NCBI RefSeq assembly: GCF_002105155.1
Contig: NW_019028998.1
Span: forward strand, 496,001 to 560,000
DNA from: Lobosporangium transversale
Taxonomy: Eukaryota
DNA length: 64,000 nt
Direction: 5' to 3'
Under the pieces are notes generated by a model. The model did not search any database. It saw nothing but the letters and a program-made list of their open reading frames with translations, and was not told where the DNA came from. Position numbers and translations under genes: made by a program. Below are positions 1 through 12,487 of the stretch, piece by piece (position 1 is the stretch's first letter; the number at the start of each line of letters is the position of its first letter).

Positions 1-2920
1 GCTTTGATCAACTCATCAGTAGGGGCATTTAGTGAAGGTAGTTTTACGGATTCAAGCAAGCCTTCCACTGCTACTTCATCCTCCTCAGTAACATAGTGGT
101 TCCATCCCTTTGCATCCTTTTCTCCAAAACGCGGTAACTCAGAATCCCAAAATTCTTCTAGGCTCCTGATCTGAACTCGCCATGATTCTGTCGCCAGACT
201 GGGCGGCATATTGAATAAAAATTCTATCTGGCCTTGAATGATGCCTTGAGCTCGCTCAACATATCCTACAGGTCAAGGAGAAGGAGAATCATCCTTTAAC
301 AATGGATATGAAATGTCAATAAAGTATGACGGCAAACCTCTGAAAAATTTAAACCCTTACCTGCTTCTTTTAAGAATGTCCATGCTCGAGCCATGATATG
401 AACCATGACCGACTCAACCTTAACAAGCTGTATTCCTAGTTCTGCATTCTCTTCAGGCGACCGCTGTATAGCCATCCAAGTCGATCTCGCTAGTTGCCCT
501 AAACGCTCCAATCCTTCCCCCAAAACGCGCACAAAACTCTTGACTGAGAAACTCAAGAAATGTCGCTGTCGATAATCCAGATATTCAATCCACAGGCCTG
601 GCCAAGCTGTTTGGATCTGATTTGACTGCAAGAGCTCATCCCATTTTGACAGGACTTTGGCAGATTCCCAGCATTGTCGACACGTGTTCATGTATTCCAA
701 TAACAAACGCTCGTTTGTTGGATTGGACAGCAAAGCACGTTCAAAAATACTAAGCTTTACCTCAAAATGACTGGTGGAATGGGCTCCAACTTTGGCTGTT
801 GAACGCCGATTCGAGACTAGGTCGATTTCATCCTCGAGGGCAATAAACTCTAGCCATTTGCTGGGTTGTTTTGGATCTTTGCGCAACTCTGCGTCAACCA
901 TCATCCTGCGTCTTCTGAGTACGTCCAGCGCGCTCTCTGCGCCTTCTTCTTCCTGGTCACTTGTAGTCTGCATTAAGTCCTCATCCTCTTCCTTGTAAAC
1001 AGATTTACCATGGATATCTCTGTAATCAACCTTTTTTTTCCCTGAAATTCCTAGTTCATTGTCACTATCGATCTCGCCGCTTGTATTCTCACTATCGCTC
1101 CGATCTGATGAATGCAACCTCTTACTGCTCCTCGACCGAATATCAAGCGATATGAATGATGAATCTTCGCACACTATGTTTGATAACTTCGCCAGCTCTT
1201 CAGCCTTTGCTCGTGAAATTCTTTTGTATTCCTTACTCTGATCGCGCCACGTCGCATGGGGATCAACATAGCGCTTAGTTTTAGTGCTCTTTTTCTTCGT
1301 TTTAAAAACAATGAATTTCCCGCCTTGCGCTTTAGTCTTCTCGTAATCTATCAGTATATCTGATGGCATTCCTAATACTCGACCACCTGCATATTGGATA
1401 AATTTGTAGATTACGTCCCTATTGATTAATGCGCTATTATAATAAACAAGTGCATTTTTTTTGTCTGCATATGCCACAATGATATATGATGGCCTACCTC
1501 CTGCACGGTTGTATTTTGGTATTGTCCGGGGGTTGATGCCACCATAACGAAAGAAATCCTGGTCACCACGAACATCTATAACCCATGTACCTGGTTTGTT
1601 CTTTTCTTCAGAAGTGCCGCTACGCTGCCATGTCGAAGAGGATGGGTATACTGAGATCGGTATTTCACTGCCTGTTCCTTGTTCTAGCCGACGATCTCGC
1701 TTACTGCGGCTAGTCCACGAATTGTCATAATCATCCTTCGCTTCTTCCTCCTCACACCGTCTTCTTTTATGATCAAGGTTCTTACGCAAAGGTTCGTCTG
1801 ATCTGTGCATAGTAGAATGCTGCTTTGTACGGTGGCGGTCCTGTTCCCAATATTGGTCCCAAACTTGCGTAATATTACGGTCATCGCCATGGTGTTTTTT
1901 CAATTGGCTCCCACTATGTCGATCATTATATCGGTCCCTAGAGCTGTCTCTTCTGCGATCATTGCGATTACTACTCCTCTTTTGCTCGCGACTATCATGA
2001 TGATCATGTTCCTTCTGGGTATTGTGGTCCCTATCCCTCCGAGAAGATCTTTCTCTACTCTTACTTCTACTTCTGCTTCTACTGGGTTTTCCTTCTTTCC
2101 GCCGCTCTCGATCAATATGGGAGTCACCACGACTCAGTCGTTCGCTTCTATCGCGGTGACTCTCAAGCAGCCTATCGGGACTCTTGCTTTCGCTAAGTCG
2201 TTTTCCTTTTTTCGGTCGTTCCCGTCTCCGCTCATGTTCCCAATTAGCATCTTGCTTTATATGGTCGTCATGAGCTGGTAGCTTTCTATGATCTTTGTCT
2301 CTTGATCTGTCATTATCCTGTTTACTAGCTCTATAGGCATCACTACTGCCAAGTCGACGATGATCGTAAATGCGACCATGTTCCTTTTCTTCTTTCTTTG
2401 CTCTTTTCTTATCTTTAGATTTAAGTTCATTGGAGCCTTTGTATTCGTAGTTCCTGTCACTGTTTGATGAAAACTGAATAGCTTCGCTAACTAAGGGAGG
2501 AGCACGAAGGAGCGGCAAGCTCTCAACCGGGAAAGACGCAAATGTTGGGATACTCCATGATGAAGTTGATGCCGGGGGAATAGGTATTTCCGGAAAACTA
2601 TCAAATGTGGGTGGTTGCGTCGAATTAGGTTTTTGTGCTTGGATTGATGCCTGTGTCTTTTCTACTGCATTCTAAGATTATTATTATTATTATCATTGTT
2701 GTTATTTCCATAAGCGACCATGGATTAGTCATCTCCCGAGAATTCTTTTCGGTGTATAATACCATACATCTTTTTCATATATCTGGCAAGCATTGCTTTC
2801 ACTAAAAAAAAAAAAAAAAAACGGAAACAAGGTATCACTTACTTTGTGCCCACTCAAATCGAGTTTGTCGAGCACCTCTGCAGAAAACCGTGCATCAGGA
2901 TCAGCAGTATTGTCTGACAT
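1..2920 (-). CDS. NRDE2: NRDE2-like nuclear RNAi/exosome-associated HAT-repeat protein; 3' end runs off the window
   Basis: ATG at 2920 (MSDNTADPD). Exons approx 2920-2843, 2671-1498, 1386-361 and 265-<1 with GT-AG ends. RS/RD-rich N-terminus, then D.RGD..FFRYG, KWLEFIALED, KLSIFERAL..NP.NERLLLEYM, LWIEYLDYRQ, FLKEAGYVERAQG..Q.QIEF and FWDSELPRFGEKDAKGW, which recall NRDE-2. Confidence 0.85.
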
Positions 2921-3291
2921 GACGCCCTCTATTCCTAGTTCCAATTGTGAATGAGTATGTGTTACAAAATGCCAACAGTCGCCTAATACTATAGGTTGAC
3001 CCAATCACGTGCACCTCAGCCCTTAATAGATACGGAATAGTCTCAGAAAGGAAAAAAATACATCCGACCAACGCCATTTCTTTCCGACAAAAGTCTGTGC
3101 GGATGTTGAAAAAAAGAAGAGGCCTCCATACAAAAATATAGACAAAAATAAAAAAATAAACAAATGTACCCGTCTAATCTTTGATATCTCTATGCATTTC
3201 GATTTATTCTTTATAATAGAGTGTGTTTGTGAAGGTAATAATGATGAATGATGGGAGAATGAAAATGAAGAGGAATGAATAATCAGGACAT

Positions 3292-4647
3292 TTAAGCCTT
3301 GCGAATCTCAATACCGCCAGTGGCGCCGAGAGCCTTCTTGATGTCATTATAGATGGCGAACTGGAAGGCAGTGAGAGTACCGACCATGACAATACGAGGA
3401 CCCAATCCCAAGAAGAGACCACGAGGGCCGAGCTCGGCGGCCAAGGCAGCGAGACGGGACATGACGGAGCCAGTGCCAGATGTCTTGTTAATCTTGGAAA
3501 GAAGGGTATCAGCCGGTTGTGAGACAACGGCAGCAGCAGCACCAGCAATGAGACCAGAGGCCAAGTTAATGCTGGTCAAGGTACCAGCAGAAAGCTTCTC
3601 CTTGGGACCAACAGAATCGAGGATTGCCTCAGAGGCACGCTCGAAGACGACGAACTTGGCCATGGTGTATGGGATCTGCTTAAGCAAGATAGGGCCGAAT
3701 CCAGAGTAGAAGCCACGGATGGCACCCTCCTCCTTCAAGATGCGAGTGAAACCGGAGACAAGACCGGTGGCGAAGGTAGGCTGGGAAACGAGACGAATAC
3801 GGGTGGCCTCAAGAGGGCAGAGGGCAACATCAGCAAAGAACTCAGCAATACCAGACGAAACTAAGTAGATGGCAGTGCGGTTGTTGACAGCGTTCTCAAG
3901 TCCAACGTAATCAATGAAGGTCTTCTTCCAGAACTCATAACCTCCAAACTTGAAGGCACCCTGCAAGAAGTAACCAGCGAAAGTAGGACCGAATCCGGTC
4001 AAGAGAGCACCAGCACCCTCGCTCTTGACGACCTGACGGAAAGAGGCGGCCATACCCTAAAATCGAAAACCCCGAAAAGATAATACAGAAATGATGTGAG
4101 CGATACAATAGATGGACGTAAATCACTTTGAACAAAAGAGATAGCGACGACCAAAAATCATGAAGAGCATTCGACTACTCTATTAATTGGATGTGCTGTC
4201 ATGATCCAATAAATTCTTCGCTCAAGCTCCTCTTCAAGGCATGGATAAATGGATAGTATTGATGTGATGAAGCTCCTTTAGGTTCTTCGATGCTCGGAAT
4301 TGATGAATTGATGAGATGGATGCTATACTGAAAACACTGCGTTACCTTGTTGTAAACAGTGGGCTCGAGCTGGATGCGAGTCTTAACGACATCTGAACGG
4401 GTAGCAAGAAATTAAGATTTTTAGTTCATCTCTGACGCCAATGGAAAGAAAAATGTAGGTAACTGATTCTGGTTGTCACATTAAGATCGGATCAGATCTA
4501 AATCTGAGTTTGAGATCAATCTTGCTTACCGACAGGGGTGAGGGCACCGTGGGTGACACCACAGCAGATGGCACCAGCAAGGGCGAAGCGAGCATAGAGA
4601 GAAGCGCCGGTGGGGGCGACAGAGGCCTGATGTTGAATGGTGGACAT
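3292..4647 (-). CDS. MIR1: Mitochondrial phosphate carrier (SLC25A3/Mir1-type)
   Basis: Exons 4647-4530, 4392-4346 and 4056-3292. Motifs [71 protein letters not shown] and [12 protein letters not shown] give three carrier repeats. Confidence 0.95.
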
Positions 4648-5332
4648 GATGAGAAATTTAAAGACAGAGTAAGAGTGGGGAGTAGATGAGGAGAAGAAGA
4701 AAAAATAAAAATAAAAATAAAAAAAAAACAAATATATATCGGGTGCGGAGTGGTCCCGGCGGCGGCTTATCTCAGGACTTACAGGCACACAATTGGCATG
4801 TTGAATATAGAAATATTTATTATCATTTGCAAATGTATCGTTAAAAAAGACTTGTTTCCCGGCCAATCATCCCACTACGTGCAAGACAAACGTCTGTGTA
4901 CTTTGATTCTTGTTATACACAATAATTTAAAATACGAGTTTAAGAGGCGGCAAGGATCACCTATCATTGAAAATATCTGCGCGCGCAGTTGCACCCTCTG
5001 ATTTAGAAGGGATTTAATTAAGAAAATCCGCATTGACCCCAGATGGTGTACAGTTCCGTGATTTAAAATACAGACACGATCATATGATCATATTCATTCG
5101 GAAGAGTCAAATAGGCCTATCCATTTATACCAACTCTTGAAAAGAATCAAGGTTTTGCAGCTGAATTTAGTTAATATATATATATATAATAAGGCTATCC
5201 GTGACGTGAATGAAAGCATAAGAATGCCGTCATTTATGTTATTATCCATCACGTTTTCTTCACCAATGCTTTTTCTAAACTTTCAAAAATAGACAAAAGC
5301 TTTTTATTTTCTCCTTTCACAGCATCAAAAAA

Positions 5333-5551
5333 ATGTCAGATACTTCACAAAAACCCGCTCATTCAACTCCGGAGCCCTTCACAGATCCCAACTCCAATAA
5401 GGAAGGTATTCCACAGAAGGCAGCCAAGACGGCATCTCTTCCCTTAGCCGCGGTCGGCGGTGCCCTCGCAGAGATGACTAGAAAGGCTGGCGAACTTCTC
5501 ACCGGCCATTCAACAAAAATTGATACCTCAAAGAAGGATGAACCGCGCTGA
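5333..5551 (+). CDS. Small hydrophilic hypothetical protein, 72 aa
   Basis: A-rich start context (AAAAAATG), TA-rich TATA-like run near 5175-5190, AATAAA at about 5632, and higher GC than the flanks. No recognised domain. Confidence 0.5.
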   Translation: MSDTSQKPAHSTPEPFTDPNSNKEGIPQKAAKTASLPLAAVGGALAEMTRKAGELLTGHSTKIDTSKKDEPR

Positions 5552-6495
5552 TGAACTGAGGGCAAACCAGAGTACCACAGGATCATTCGTCTCTTACAAT
5601 AATCCGTTCACATTTGTATATATTTTATATCAATAAACCATTTTTTAGCAATGGTGATGTGGTGACAACCAAGATGTTAACCATATTTTCAAATGTTTAA
5701 AAATTGCTATTACAAGATTTTTAAACCATCACAGTAAATAATATAACACTTTGCCCATGTTCAAAGAATGGATATAAATAATTGTCCTCATCTTTAGCCA
5801 CATCCTTCCTTTTAGGAATTCCAGATCCAACACCAAACCCCAAACGTCATCATTGTCGAACACAGCACATCTCAAACATCTCAGATCACTATCCAACCGA
5901 GTTCCCAACCAACCAAAATTGCTAATCGCACTTCAAACCCCATAGCAGAACCCTTATTGTCTCTCGAAAAATCCCAGCGAACTGAAAGAACTTCAGTTCT
6001 GTGAGCTTCCAAAAAACAGGTGGCCTCCTGGGTGAGAAATATAGATCAACAATAAGTCAGGGAAAACAGTAGATAGAAGGGAGAGATGAGATTGAGGGGC
6101 GGCAACGGATCAACTTGACACATGAGGTGATCGGATCGAAGAAGGATTTGGTACCAGACTTGAAGGAGAAATCGTTCAAGTTTTGGGACCACTAAGGCAA
6201 GGAATGAAGGGAGATTACTATAGCGTGCCAATGACTCATGCCTCAACCATTAAGCTCGGCGTGATTGTCGAGGGATTGCCTTGATGGACAATCCGGTAGA
6301 GAGATCTAAGGAAGCAACGCAGAGAAAGAACAAACTAAAGCTGCAACACCTGGAAAAATTTTATACTACCCAAAACAAGTCTCGTGAACAGTAGAGAACA
6401 TATTTCTTAAGGGTTAGATGCCTTTTTTCTTTTTGATGCAGAAGCCCTGCAAGTTTGTTGGATCCTCCTTTTCAAACCATTGCACACATTTAACA

Positions 6496-7790
6496 ATGGC
6501 TGCTACTCAGAAGACCGGAATCCGATCTGGACAGAACCGCGGACACATCACAACTCTTCGTGAGTTGAAGACCCCCATCTCCTATAAGAAGGGTGTTGTA
6601 AGTGCAATGAGTCAAATGGATGCGCTGATCGATGGATACGAAAATAAAAGCATCACTTTGTATCAATGGATGCATATCGTGCTCACAAATTTGGGAAAAT
6701 AGCGGAGACAACATATTACATGTCCAGTATGACATACATTCATCGATTCAGTACCAAACGACAATGACATCGATTCACATGGAATACTTTGCTAAAACAA
6801 GACGTCGATAAGATGTCAGAGATATTTTGATCAACAGTTTTCTTCATTCAATCAGCAGTACAGATAGACAATGCGGTCCGCCATTTAAGAGAATAAACAT
6901 TAAAAACAGAAAATGGACCAGTTTTGTCGGAATCAGCGATCGATTAACTCGTCATCACTTTTATGAAGGCGCCTTGAGCATACTTTCTCTCATCAAAGTT
7001 TTAACACGAATTTTGAAAAGCAGGAAGGCCATAGAGACTAGTGACAGGACCCTGTCTTTTTTACCTTCAACGTCAAAAACTCTTCAACTCAATTTTTTTT
7101 TTTTTTTTTTGTTTGCTTGCTTGCTGGGTTTCTGATCAATATGACTAGGCTGGTAAGCGCGTCGTCTTTGTCCGTTCCATCATCCGTGAGGTTGCTGGCT
7201 TTGCTCCTTATGAGCGTCGCATCATGGAGTTGATCAAGAACTCCAAGGATAAGCGTGCCCGTAAGCTCGCCAAGAAGAGAGTACGTATTCGTTTTAAAAA
7301 CATTACGATTTAGTTTACCAGATACTAGTTTCGCTCTTTTGAGACAAGACTACGATGCTTTTGACGGAAAATTGCAGGATTAGTTCGAAACGAAAGGATT
7401 TATCATGGCGTTAGATCAAAGACTCCTTGATACTGATTTGCAAGATAACTACTGCATTGTGTTTGAGAAAATCGACAAAACTGGGTTATCAATTGAAAGG
7501 AGATACAAGTATTCAGAAAAAATGCAGCAATCATCGCTTAGTATATGGCATACAACAATGGATTTTGTTCGTACAATGATTCATACACTTTCCGCCACCA
7601 TTTTGATGGGGAAAAAAAAAGCTGTCCAACGCTTCTAGTCTATAGCTGAAAAACAAAATAGTAATTGATCTGACCATTTTCTTTTTTCTCTTTATTATTT
7701 TGTTTATTACAGCTCGGAACCTTCCTTCGCGCCAAGAAAAAGGTGGAGGAGATGACCAACGTCATTGCTGAGTCTCGTCGTGCCCATTAA
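6496..7790 (+). CDS. RPL36: 60S ribosomal protein L36 (eL36), 103 aa
   Basis: Exons 6496-6597, 7149-7280 and 7713-7790 splice to ...G.NRGH...[56 protein letters not shown]. Confidence 0.96.
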
Positions 7791-8318
7791 ATTGCTCATC
7801 ATTAGCAGTTTCTTCTTTGGATACAAACCGACAATAAATGACTTCATTTCTTCACTGTTGGATATCCAGAAGACCTCATAGATGTTTCCTTTTATTTTAA
7901 ACTCGTGCTATAGTTTTTTTTTAGTATGATATGGATCAATGATAGGTGATGGTTCAATGCACAAAAATAATTGCAGTTCAAAATGGAAGAGGAATCCTAG
8001 CCTTTGGAAAGAAGCAGAGTGCCTTTAAGCTGCACGTTCTGAGGATATAGTGCATCGAAACATTTGGATCCATAATGCGATCAACCTCAAACTCCATAAA
8101 CAGCCCAAGCTTATTTGAGTATCTAAATAGTGATGCTCTATTAGTAAAAAAAATTACTAAGCAAAGGCTTTCTTGCACCGAGTGCCACTATATACTTTTA
8201 ATATTTATTTTTAATTGTTTAAGAGTATGTGGTCTTAATTATGAAGGTGGAAAGAGTATATACACATAGATATTCCACTTTGAATGGTGTTAGATTTTTT
8301 TTTTTTTTTTCCCTAAAC

Positions 8319-9965
8319 TTATTCCTCGGATTGGAGTTGAAGTTGCAAATGTGCCGAAGGAGCTTGATTGGCGAAAGCATCGCCCTGTTTGAACAGCGCC
8401 GCAGAGAACCCGAATTTGACGTGGCATGCCTCAGCAACACGCTCAGGAAGAGGACCGACCGCAAAGGCATTGGCAGTGAAAATAAGCTCAGGATCGTACT
8501 TCTGCTTGATTTCGCTGATACGGTCATACTTAGTAGGATGTTCATCATAGTATTGTTCACGATGCTCAGGTAGGTTCAAGTTGTGGGAACCCCACAACAA
8601 ACGACGGTCCTGTTCAGAAAACTTGGCATCGTGGTGGCCAACACTCTCCTGGTCGTTCTGGTTAACCCAGGCTTCCGCCGCAGCTTTGGAGGCTGGATAG
8701 TCTTTGTTGTAGAAAGCATCTAAGGTACAGCCAAAGGTCGAGTCGCGCCAGCTAAGAGATGAAAAACCATCCTTTCCATTGTTGCGGAAAGCTGAGAATT
8801 TGCCGCCGGAATACTGGAACTGGGCCGAGACAAAAATTTCGTTGTTAGGATCCTTCTCGAGGTCTTGGATGCGACCAGTCACCCAAGTAGTCCACCCGTT
8901 TTGCTTGTGATTTCTGGAATTAGAGATGTAGGTACGCTTGAAATAGGGAAGTTGGAATTCTCGAACTGTGGGGAAAATCCAATGAGAACAGAGAACTGAA
9001 AGAGGCGCCTTGTCATCATCCAAATAGATACCGTCGTGAGGCTTCATTACAGCAGAACCACCTCCAGCCTCACGGATCTTATTAAAAAAGCTGGGGTCAT
9101 ATGGCTGACCAGCTCCTTGGAGATTGGCCCATTGTGCAAAGACAACAATGCCTGGAAGTCTGTTTTCGGCAGGACGACCAGTGGTAAACGAGATACAGTA
9201 GTCATAGTCTCCAGCAGTAGACTCATCCTCATTGTCCATGTCAACCATGACATCCAAAAGGCGCTTGAGGGTCTCCGGAGTATATTTGAAGACAGCACGG
9301 AAGCCACGGGACTCAGGATAGTCTTCATCCTTGAGGAGATTAAGGGTGACATCAGTGATCACTCCAAAGTTGCCAGGACTGCCTCCGAGAATGCCATAGA
9401 GCAGGTCCTTGTCAGCCTCAACACCACGTACAACCCAGCGTGGATTACCATCAGCAGTAATGATGCGAACTTTCTGGACGTAGTCAGCAAGAAGACCGAA
9501 GCTGCGAATCAATTGGCCATATCCTCCAGTTTGGACATGCCCACCCAGGTTAACATAACTGCATTGACCAGTGGGGATAAAGCGATTTGCCTTCCTGAGT
9601 TTGCTCTGGAACTTGCCGAGGGTAATACTGATTCCGAGAGTGACCTGGGATTTGTCATCGTTCTCCCAAGTAAAGTCAGTATAGGTGTCGGAAACATCAA
9701 CTTGAATACTTTGGTCCCAGGCAGAAGATGCACCAGTGTAGTGATGGCCTCCGGTACGGATAGCAATACCGAACTTGTATTGCTTGGCGAGCTTAATAGC
9801 CAGTTGGACATCGCTATCGTCCAAAGCGTAGATGACAGCTGCAGGCTCGACAGTGCCCTTGTCTTCATAGGAGCTCCATGCGTATTGGTAGACGCTTTCT
9901 TCATAAGCTTCATCGCCGCGCTGAATGACTTTGCCCTGGAAACCGACTTGCGCGAAGTTAACCAT
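8319..9965 (-). CDS. FAD-binding PCMH / berberine-bridge-enzyme-like oxidoreductase, copy A, intronless
   Basis: 548 aa ORF with P.AVIY, AIRTGGHHYTG (flavinylation His), GQCSYVNLGGHVQTGGYG, GG.PGNFGVIT and C-terminal YDRISEIKQKYDPELIF. Confidence 0.9.
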   Translation of the reverse strand: MVNFAQVGFQGKVIQRGDEAYEESVYQYAWSSYEDKGTVEPAAVIYALDDSDVQLAIKLAKQYKFGIAIRTGGHHYTGASSAWDQSIQVDVSDTYTDFTWENDDKSQVTLGISITLGKFQSKLRKANRFIPTGQCSYVNLGGHVQTGGYGQLIRSFGLLADYVQKVRIITADGNPRWVVRGVEADKDLLYGILGGSPGNFGVITDVTLNLLKDEDYPESRGFRAVFKYTPETLKRLLDVMVDMDNEDESTAGDYDYCISFTTGRPAENRLPGIVVFAQWANLQGAGQPYDPSFFNKIREAGGGSAVMKPHDGIYLDDDKAPLSVLCSHWIFPTVREFQLPYFKRTYISNSRNHKQNGWTTWVTGRIQDLEKDPNNEIFVSAQFQYSGGKFSAFRNNGKDGFSSLSWRDSTFGCTLDAFYNKDYPASKAAAEAWVNQNDQESVGHHDAKFSEQDRRLLWGSHNLNLPEHREQYYDEHPTKYDRISEIKQKYDPELIFTANAFAVGPLPERVAEACHVKFGFSAALFKQGDAFANQAPSAHLQLQLQSEE

Positions 9966-10170
9966 GATGGAGTACGAGAGATGAAAGATAGAGTGAGTGA
10001 AAGGTGTATTTGTAAGTGAGCTGTTGGAAAGAAAGAAAGAGAGATGGAATAAAATTCGGGTACAAAACTTCTTTTAAATAGAGCCCGATCATATTTCATT
10101 TCCATGCACAGCCGTAAAGTGGATGTGTAGGGAGATTTTAAAGAGTGTATAACTATGGCTTGTTATTGGA

Positions 10171-10221
10171 GCTGTGTGAATAGGGCTGTGTGAATAGGGC
10201 TGTGTGAATGGCTATGTGAAT
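10171..10221. repeat. Short tandem repeat, unit GCTGTGTGAATAGG, about 3.5 copies
   Basis: Read directly: gctgtgtgaatagg gctgtgtgaatagg gctgtgtgaatg gctatgtgaat. Confidence 0.8.
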
Positions 10222-10714
10222 AAAAAAAGCTTTAATTTATACTGTCTTAGATAAGCATTGCCACTTTATGCCTTAAAAGAGCAATTTTAACGATCTTTAA
10301 CGATCAATCGGTTTGATAAATGTAAATAATGAAACCATTAATTTGAGTATACTCGATAATGAAGCAGCTCTATCTCCTAGGGTCCTCATCAGAAAGTCGT
10401 CGACAAAGACAAATTGGATAAAATACCCTCCATTTAAGACAATCAGCCCATCGACCATGCGAACTTTATTTATGCTTCACAGCAAACTTTTGTGTCAATG
10501 TGATGAGATTAATACACATGAAATTAAGATTTCGCTATTCACGACTTCGGTTAATTGAACTTATTTACTTTTAATGTCAAGGATTCTTTTTTTTTTTTTT
10601 TTTTTTTTTTTTTTGGACAAAATGGAGGCGAGTGTGTCTTCCTGTTATTTTGAGAATAGTATATACACCAGAAGATCCTTCCTGATCTATGGTTTCTACA
10701 TTATATTTACGGAT

Positions 10715-12487
10715 TTATTCCTCAGACCTAATCCTCTCACGCTTAATATCGTCGAGCTTAGATCCCACAGCGTGGAGACACATTGGCTTGTGAGAGGGCT
10801 TTGATTCGGCATCTTCATCACACAGCAGTGTGTGGGCGGAGGGCATATTGTCACCTGCCTTATCGCCCTGATGGTGCAGCGCCAGAGAGAATCCATATTT
10901 GTGTTCACATAACTGAGCCTTATGAAGAGCCTTAGTAACACGGTCAGGGAGAGGACCAACCGCAAAGGCATTGGAAGTGAAAATAAGCTCAGGATCATTC
11001 TTTAGTTTGATCGCACTGAGGCGGTCATACTTAGTAGGATGCTCATCATAGTACTCCAGACGGCGGTCAGGAAGGTTCAAATCGAACGAACCCCACAACA
11101 AACGGCGGTCCTGTTCAGAAAACTTGGCTCCCTGGTGACCAGTGCCCTCTTGGTCGTTCTTGGTGACCCAGTCAAGGGCCAAAGTCTTTGCATTCGTGAC
11201 TTTCTCGTCATAGAAGGCGTCCAATGTACAGCCGAATGTCGAATCGCGCCAGCTGTATGACGAGTAACCATCAGTACCATTTTTGCGGTAGGTAGAGTCT
11301 CTGCCACCAGCGTACTGGAATTGACATGACACGAAGACGCCGTTTTTGTTATCTGTGTAATGATCCCCCTCAAGGCTTTGAATGCGATCAGTAACCCAGG
11401 TAGTCCAGCCAGTTTGCTTGAGTCTTTCGGCCCTAGAGTTGGAAAGGTAGGTACGCTTGTAATAGGGGAGCTGGTACTCACGAGCAATGGGGAAGAGCCA
11501 GTGAGAGCAGAGAACTGAAAGAGGCGCCTTGTCATCATCCATGTAAATACCATCGTGAGGCCTCATAACACCAGAGCCACCGCAAGCCGCACGGATCTTG
11601 TTGAAGAAGGTGGGATCATATAGCTGGCCAGCACCCTTCAGATTGGCCCACTGTGCAAAGACAACAATGCCTCCAACGGGCTTATGTTCTTCATCGCGGG
11701 CACTGTTGACAGAGACGCAGAAGTCATAATCTGGAGCGAAGGAATCATCATTGTCCATTTCGACCATAATATCCAAAAGAGCCTTGAGGGCAGTGATGTT
11801 ATAAGGCAGCTGGGCACGGAAACCACGGGATTCAGGGTGATCCTCATCTCTGTGAACCCTCAAAGTGACATCAGTGATCACTCCAAAGTTGCCAGGACTG
11901 CCTCCGAGAATGCCATAGAGCAGGTCCTTGTCAGCCTCAACACCACGTACAACCCAGCGTGGATTACCATCAGCAGTAATGATGCGGACCTTCTGGACAT
12001 GGTCAGCAAGAAGACCGAAGCTGCGAATCAATTGGCCATATCCTCCGGTCTGGAGGTGACCACCCAAGTGGACGTAACTGCATTGACCAGTGGGGATAAA
12101 GCGATTTGCCTTCCTGAGCCTGCTGTTGAGCTTGCTAAGAGCGACACTGATTCCAGTGGTTAACAAGGTCTTTTCAGAATTATCCCAGGTAAAGTCAGTA
12201 TAGGTGTCGGAAACATCAACTTGAATACTTTGGTCCCAGGTAGAAGATGCACCAGTGTAGTGATGGCCTCCGGTACGGATAGCAATACCGAACTTGTATT
12301 GCTTGGCGAGCTTAATAGCCAGTTGGACATCGCTATCGTCCAAAGCGTAGATGACAGCTGCAGGCTCGACAGTGCCCTTGTCTTCATAGGAGCTCCATGC
12401 GTATTGGTAGACGCTTTCTTCATAAGCTTCATCGCCGCGCTGAATGACTTTGCCCTGGAAACCAGCTTGATTGAAGTTAATAGACAT
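10715..12487 (-). CDS. FAD-binding PCMH / BBE-like oxidoreductase, copy B (tandem paralog), intronless
   Basis: Likely start MSINFNQAGFQ at 12487, which aligns with the start of copy A. Same AIRTGGHH, GQCSYV.LGGH, GNFGVIT and DPELIF motifs. Confidence 0.9.
   Translation of the reverse strand: MSINFNQAGFQGKVIQRGDEAYEESVYQYAWSSYEDKGTVEPAAVIYALDDSDVQLAIKLAKQYKFGIAIRTGGHHYTGASSTWDQSIQVDVSDTYTDFTWDNSEKTLLTTGISVALSKLNSRLRKANRFIPTGQCSYVHLGGHLQTGGYGQLIRSFGLLADHVQKVRIITADGNPRWVVRGVEADKDLLYGILGGSPGNFGVITDVTLRVHRDEDHPESRGFRAQLPYNITALKALLDIMVEMDNDDSFAPDYDFCVSVNSARDEEHKPVGGIVVFAQWANLKGAGQLYDPTFFNKIRAACGGSGVMRPHDGIYMDDDKAPLSVLCSHWLFPIAREYQLPYYKRTYLSNSRAERLKQTGWTTWVTDRIQSLEGDHYTDNKNGVFVSCQFQYAGGRDSTYRKNGTDGYSSYSWRDSTFGCTLDAFYDEKVTNAKTLALDWVTKNDQEGTGHQGAKFSEQDRRLLWGSFDLNLPDRRLEYYDEHPTKYDRLSAIKLKNDPELIFTSNAFAVGPLPDRVTKALHKAQLCEHKYGFSLALHHQGDKAGDNMPSAHTLLCDEDAESKPSHKPMCLHAVGSKLDDIKRERIRSEE

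Noticed and set aside
1..2920. Functional link between NRDE2 (RNAi) and the Fanzor locus
   Set aside because: They are more than 33 kb apart with unrelated housekeeping genes between them, so proximity is not evidence.
4057..4345. Intronic snoRNA in the phosphate carrier gene
   Set aside because: No well-formed C/D box pair on the sense strand.
10171..10221. CRISPR-like array
   Set aside because: The units are contiguous with no spacers, and the context is eukaryotic.
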